From Coriobacteriia bacterium (GTDB taxonomy: Bacteria; Actinomycetota; Coriobacteriia; WRKU01; WQUG01), in assembly GCA_009785795.1 (NCBI GenBank), contig WQVN01000003.1, forward strand, positions 1-61,635: DNA of 61,635 nucleotides, written 5' to 3'. Shown here piece after piece: positions 57,266 through 61,635 of this stretch. Under the pieces are notes generated by a model. The model saw only the letters and a program-made list of their open reading frames with translations, was not told where the DNA came from and searched no databases. Both the position numbers and the translations under genes were made by a program. Position 1 is the first letter of the stretch. The number at the start of each line of letters is the position of its first letter.

Positions 57266-58906
57266 CTATTCTAGGAAATCGCGCAACTTAGCAGCATAGC
57301 TAGGGTGACGCAGCTTATTCAAAGTTTTCGACTCAATCTGACGAATGCGCTCGCGGGTTACCCCAAATTCTCTGCCAACTTCTTCGAGAGTGCGCGCATG
57401 ACCATCTAACAGACCAAATCGTAGTTCAACAACCTTGCGCTCACGCTCTGATAATTCATCCAGTACGCGATTCAAGCCTTCTTGCAACAGGGTATGTCCT
57501 GCAGCCTCTGATGGACCCGCCACAAGAGTGTCTTCTAAGAAGTCACCCAGCTGACTGTCCTCTTCTTCGCCAATTGGCGTTTCCAGTGATACTGGTTCCT
57601 GACTGATTTTTAAGATCTCGCGAATACGATCACCGTCAAGACCCATTTTCTCGCCAATCTGTTCTGGTGTGGGATCCTCTCCCAATTCTTGCACCAATTG
57701 ACGCTGAATACGCACAAGTTTATTGATGGTCTCTACCATGTGAACAGGAATACGGATAGTGCGTGCCTGATCTGCAATGGCACGAGTAATCGCCTGACGA
57801 ATCCACCATGTTGCATAGGTTGAAAACTTAAAGCCCTTTTTATAGTCGAACTTCTCAACAGCACGAATTAATCCCAGATTGCCCTCTTGGATCAGGTCAA
57901 GGAATGACATGCCGCGTCCAATATACTTCTTTGCAATCGAAACCACGAGGCGCAAGTTTGCCTCGACAAGACGTGCCTTTGCGTCAAGCCCAATCTGTTC
58001 TTGACGAATGAGGCGGCGCTCAATTGGTCTGGGCAGCGCAGTTCCTTCTTCGTCTGCCTTTTCCAGTTCTGCCGTCGCCTCGAGTCCAATTTCAATCTTT
58101 TTTGCAAGGTCAACTTCCTGTGCTGCAGTAAGCAAATTGACTTTGCCAATTTCTTTCAAGTACATACGCACACTGTCAGTTGTCATGGTAACTGACACTT
58201 GGCGCTCACGCGTGCTTTTCTTGCCCTTTTTAGAAGTCGGTTTTGCAGTCTCGCGAATAATTGACTCGAGTTCGCGGATATCAATATCAGTTGATTTTTT
58301 ACCTGTTGACAGCTTTTCGAGCGACTCAACGTCTACTTCTACCCCATCGCCGTCTTCATCAACAGCCAGTGCAATCTCAACGTCTGAATCTGCACTCTCA
58401 CCTGAAATCGTTTCATCAACTTCAATGTCATCGTCTGTATCATCAGCATCAGCACTGGGTGCCACATTTGCGCTCTCTACATCATCACCGTCATCTTCGA
58501 GATCTGCGATAGTGTCATCTGTGTCGCTTTCCTCGCCATCAAGCAATGCAATCATCTCGCCTGCGTCAATAGATTCCTTTGCAACAGCGTCATCGATTTT
58601 GATGCCCTGACCTTCAATGAACTCATAAATTTTGTCAGCATCATAATCTTCTTCAACTGCATGAATCAAAGATTCTTGTATTTGATCATCACTCAGACGT
58701 CCTGCAGACTTACCCTCATTGACTAGGCTGCGGAATTGTTCGGCTAGCTCACTGTCAAAATTGATTTCACTGATAAATTTATCTACTCCGGCAGCAGTCT
58801 CTGACTTAGTTGTTTTCGACTTAGCTGCAGGAGCCTTTTTGGCTGCAGTCTTTTTTACTTTCGCCCTTGAGGCAGCAGTTTTTGTACCTTTTGTTTCTTT
58901 GCTCAT
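57266..58906 (-). CDS. rpoD: primary RNA polymerase sigma factor
   Basis: Regions 1.2 to 4.2 are recognisable ([48 protein letters not shown]), preceded by a long acidic N-terminal region. Confidence 0.95.
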   Translation of the reverse strand: MSKETKGTKTAASRAKVKKTAAKKAPAAKSKTTKSETAAGVDKFISEINFDSELAEQFRSLVNEGKSAGRLSDDQIQESLIHAVEEDYDADKIYEFIEGQGIKIDDAVAKESIDAGEMIALLDGEESDTDDTIADLEDDGDDVESANVAPSADADDTDDDIEVDETISGESADSDVEIALAVDEDGDGVEVDVESLEKLSTGKKSTDIDIRELESIIRETAKPTSKKGKKSTRERQVSVTMTTDSVRMYLKEIGKVNLLTAAQEVDLAKKIEIGLEATAELEKADEEGTALPRPIERRLIRQEQIGLDAKARLVEANLRLVVSIAKKYIGRGMSFLDLIQEGNLGLIRAVEKFDYKKGFKFSTYATWWIRQAITRAIADQARTIRIPVHMVETINKLVRIQRQLVQELGEDPTPEQIGEKMGLDGDRIREILKISQEPVSLETPIGEEEDSQLGDFLEDTLVAGPSEAAGHTLLQEGLNRVLDELSERERKVVELRFGLLDGHARTLEEVGREFGVTRERIRQIESKTLNKLRHPSYAAKLRDFLE

Positions 58907-58940
58907 GTTTGTACCCTTAGCTTTTTACAATATGATGTGA

Positions 58941-60794
58941 TTACTGAAAACGCTGTGCGCGTATCTGATGAAGCTCGTGACTCACACGTGCCAATTCCTC
59001 TAACAAGGCCTTAGCACTATCACCCTTTTGAAGATCGCTGCGAATAAGTCTGATTTTTCGCTCTAATGCAGATTCTCGTAGTCTAAAGAGTAAGCTATCT
59101 GCCAATGCGCGTGTGTTTTCGCCTGTATCCTCAAAATAGTACGCGGATGCCAATTGTGCCACACCAGGTATAACATCGTCTAGCCTTGCAGTAATATCTA
59201 CATGTGATCTCTCTGCATCTGTAAGACGTGTCATTTGTTCATATGCTGCCAAGTACATTGGATGCGAAAAGGGTGTGCGCTTTTGACTTTCCAGCACATA
59301 ATTGCGCGCACCAGATGACACTATCATTAAAGCAAGCAGTTCTCGTTCAATTAGTTCTGTCGCACTAAGCGAGGACACAGATTCCGCATCTTTTATAACC
59401 CGCACGCTCTTGTCACCTGTTTCAGGTCTGGACTGCTCGGCCGCATCATCATCACCAATTGCAGTCCTATCACGTGCCTGCTCTAATACGTCCAATACCT
59501 GCTTTTCACTAATGTCACCTCCGCTGCTGCTAAGCCTATCAGCAATCTGTTGTGCATAATGACTTGCAAGCATTGTTCCCTTCAGAGGCACAATAACGTC
59601 CAAGCTGTCATTGAGCGCACGCTGACGTTCTTCGGGACGGCTCAAATCCCATTTTTCTAGTCTACGATTAATAGCAAATTCAATCAAAGGCGTTGATGTT
59701 TCAAGCATCTGTGTGAACTGCTGTTGCCCCTCATCACTTTCCATAAGATCAGCAGGATCTGCACCACGAGGCAAGCATACAACATCTAGCCTGACAGGAG
59801 AGCTTGCAAATTCAGGAGAAAGTGATCGATCGATGTGCTGAGCAGCACGATCAGCTGCACGCATACCTGCCTCATCACCATCAAACACATATACAATTCG
59901 ATTTACTGTACGGCTCAGCATTTTGACATGTTGAGCAGTCAGTGCAGTACCCAGAGTCGCGACACTGTAACTATGTCCTGCTTTATGCAGTGCAATAACA
60001 TCTGTATAGCCCTCAGTCACAAGCACTAATCTGTGCTCATGCATGCTTGGCTTTGCCTGGTCAATGCCATAAAGGTTACGCCTCTTATGGAACAGAGGTG
60101 TCTCACTGGAATTCAAGTATTTGGGTTCTTTGTCGATAATGACACGTCCGCCAAAAGCAATGGTGCGTCCCTGTATGTCTGCAATGGGAAAGATTATGCG
60201 CTGATAAAAACGGTCGCGCAGCTCACGCCCCTTTCTAATGGCTACATTCGCAAGAATCATATCATCATCGCGATGCTTGCGCATGCGCAAATACTGTACC
60301 AGTGCCTGATTGCCTGGTGCAAAGCCCAGCTTCCACTGCAGGGCGACAGCAGAGCCAAACCCACGTCTAGACAGATAGTCTCGAGCCGCAGAAGCACTGT
60401 GGTCTGTCGATTTGTGCAAATAATTCATGTAAAAATCTGCAGTATCAGCACAAATGGCATACAGGCGCTGACGCTGTCCAGCCGCCGCAGCAGCACGGGG
60501 ATCTTTGCGAATCTCGATATTAGCCTTATCTGCCAAAAATCCAACGGCTTCAGGAAAGCTCATGCCCTCTGTGCGCATGACAAAGCCAAAGGCATCTCCA
60601 CCTTCACCACAGCCAAAGCAATGCCAGAATCCCGTATCAGGATCAACCTTAAATGACGGTGTTTTTTCCTTGTGGAAAGGACAGCATGCCCACAGATCAC
60701 GCCCTTTCTGGCGCAAGTCGGCATGAGGGCGAATTAGCGCAGGCAGATCAGTTGCTTCTTTGACTTTTGCGATATCTTCTTCTGAAAAGCGCAT
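58941..60794 (-). CDS. dnaG: DNA primase
   Basis: CHC2 zinc finger (CCPFHKEKTPSF...CFGCG), a TOPRIM domain (VTEGYTDV, DGDEAG) and a C-terminal helicase-binding region. Confidence 0.95.
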   Translation of the reverse strand: MRFSEEDIAKVKEATDLPALIRPHADLRQKGRDLWACCPFHKEKTPSFKVDPDTGFWHCFGCGEGGDAFGFVMRTEGMSFPEAVGFLADKANIEIRKDPRAAAAAGQRQRLYAICADTADFYMNYLHKSTDHSASAARDYLSRRGFGSAVALQWKLGFAPGNQALVQYLRMRKHRDDDMILANVAIRKGRELRDRFYQRIIFPIADIQGRTIAFGGRVIIDKEPKYLNSSETPLFHKRRNLYGIDQAKPSMHEHRLVLVTEGYTDVIALHKAGHSYSVATLGTALTAQHVKMLSRTVNRIVYVFDGDEAGMRAADRAAQHIDRSLSPEFASSPVRLDVVCLPRGADPADLMESDEGQQQFTQMLETSTPLIEFAINRRLEKWDLSRPEERQRALNDSLDVIVPLKGTMLASHYAQQIADRLSSSGGDISEKQVLDVLEQARDRTAIGDDDAAEQSRPETGDKSVRVIKDAESVSSLSATELIERELLALMIVSSGARNYVLESQKRTPFSHPMYLAAYEQMTRLTDAERSHVDITARLDDVIPGVAQLASAYYFEDTGENTRALADSLLFRLRESALERKIRLIRSDLQKGDSAKALLEELARVSHELHQIRAQRFQ

Positions 60795-60834
60795 ATACTT
60801 TTAGGATTCTTATTTGTTTCTTATTGCTGCCACA

Positions 60835-61635
60835 CTACAGATGCCAGCTCGCTGGGACAAATAGTCTATTGAATTGACGCAAGGCATAGCGGTCTGTCAT
60901 TCCTGCAACAAAATCAATGCAAGATTGGACGTGCTCGACTTCTATACCATCCTCTTTATAGCGATATTCAATAGGTACCTGATCAATATTTTTGACATAG
61001 TACATAAACAGAGCTTTAACCACTTGTTTTGCTTTTGGCTCCTGCGATTTTGCGAGCTCTGACAAATAAACATTTTCGAACAGATAAGATCGCAGCCCCA
61101 GCATTGCATCCTCGACAGGCTTTGACAATGTTATGCTGTCAGCACCTGCAGAGCTTTCTATCATGTCGCGAACAAGCGTCGTGATGCGCTCTGGTGCATT
61201 TGTGCCAAGCACTGCACAGTAGTCAGTTGGAACATCCTCAGGCAAAAGCACGCCTGCACGCAGAGCGTCATCAATATCATGATTGATGTAGGCAATGCGA
61301 TCTGCAGTACGCACAATTTGTCCTTCGAGGGTAGCAGGCATGTGGTCACCTGAATGCCCTAAGATGCCATCGCGTGTCTCCCAACACAGGTTGAGTCCCT
61401 TGCCTTCGTATTCCAGTTCTTCAACCACACGTAAGGATTGCTGTGCATGATTGAAGTGTTGCGGAGCCTGCGGGAATTGCCCACCTGTTGCCAGTTCACC
61501 TAAGGCCTCACTCAGGGCCGCCTCACCCGTATGTCCAAAGGGAGTATGTCCCAAATCATGACCCAGTGCAATTGCCTCTGTTAAGTCCTCGTTCAGGGCA
61601 CAATTGCGTGCAATCGAGCGGGAAATCTGTGCAAC
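60835..61635 (-). CDS. dgt: dGTP triphosphohydrolase-like HD-domain protein, 5' end outside the window
   Basis: The frame stays open to the right edge (…IALGHDLGHTPFGH HD motif, DRIAYINHDIDD, FVAGMTDRYA). It is adjacent to dnaG. Confidence 0.85.
   Translation of the reverse strand, partial: VAQISRSIARNCALNEDLTEAIALGHDLGHTPFGHTGEAALSEALGELATGGQFPQAPQHFNHAQQSLRVVEELEYEGKGLNLCWETRDGILGHSGDHMPATLEGQIVRTADRIAYINHDIDDALRAGVLLPEDVPTDYCAVLGTNAPERITTLVRDMIESSAGADSITLSKPVEDAMLGLRSYLFENVYLSELAKSQEPKAKQVVKALFMYYVKNIDQVPIEYRYKEDGIEVEHVQSCIDFVAGMTDRYALRQFNRLFVPASWHL

Noticed and set aside
58008-58610. 200-aa plus-strand Ser-rich ORF
   Set aside because: It mirrors the acidic (GAT/GAA-rich) N-terminal region of rpoD on the opposite strand and has no independent coding evidence.
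60033-60656. 207-aa plus-strand ORF
   Set aside because: It is antisense to dnaG and has no motif or ribosome-binding site.
1-61635. Search by eye for tRNA, rRNA, tmRNA, CRISPR arrays, transposases, integrases and toxin-antitoxin pairs
   Set aside because: I found none. No intergenic region carries the conserved T-loop sequence expected of a tRNA (GGTTCGAATCC-like), no spaced direct-repeat array is present, and no ORF has recombinase or transposase motifs.

Overview
This 61.6-kb window is mostly housekeeping genes, and 51 of the 55 CDS calls are on the minus strand. The organism looks like a Gram-positive, probably actinobacterial (Coriobacteriia-like) chromosome. That guess is inferred from gene content: the whiA-yvcK-rapZ...uvrC and dgt-dnaG-rpoD clusters, RNase J, a membrane-anchored multihaem cytochrome, and GC that looks mid-range by eye. 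Recognisable genes in window order are: glpX, rsmB, fmt, def, a rodZ-like gene, ftsK, uppP, rnj, dapA, rdgB, rph, murI, mnmA, cysK, ispG, an M50 protease, dxr, cdsA, uppS, frr, pyrH, uvrB, coaE, a DUF177 gene, whiA, yvcK, rapZ, uvrC, uvrA, a PduO-type adenosyltransferase, rpoD, dnaG and dgt (5' end cut by the window). Accessory content is: an AT-rich three-gene cassette at the left edge, an orphan cytochrome with about 12 haem motifs, an FctA-type pilin-like protein, a 1453-aa surface adhesin, an ABC-2 exporter with a HisKA_3/LuxR two-component system, and a P-loop kinase-like gene. I found no rRNA, tRNA, CRISPR array, transposase or integrase. The most unusual signal is a short dispersed repeat with conserved termini GATCCTTCG...GCTCAGGAATG. 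It comes in a 24-nt form and a 39-nt form, both multiples of three. It is translated in-frame inside fmt (two copies), mnmA and the P-loop gene (two copies in opposite orientations). There may be a decayed copy in the histidine kinase, and one intergenic copy shares an exact 25-mer with the mnmA copy. This resembles the in-frame palindromic elements known from Rickettsia. Other notable points are: a 95-bp-period duplication that creates an ATGA-coupled 32-codon upstream ORF between ftsK and the rodZ-like gene, a DUF554 gene with an in-frame TAA, a frameshifted small gene, and a PASTA protein with an apparently inactive amidase_3-like domain. All functional calls come from reading motifs in the supplied translations. 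No database search was run.
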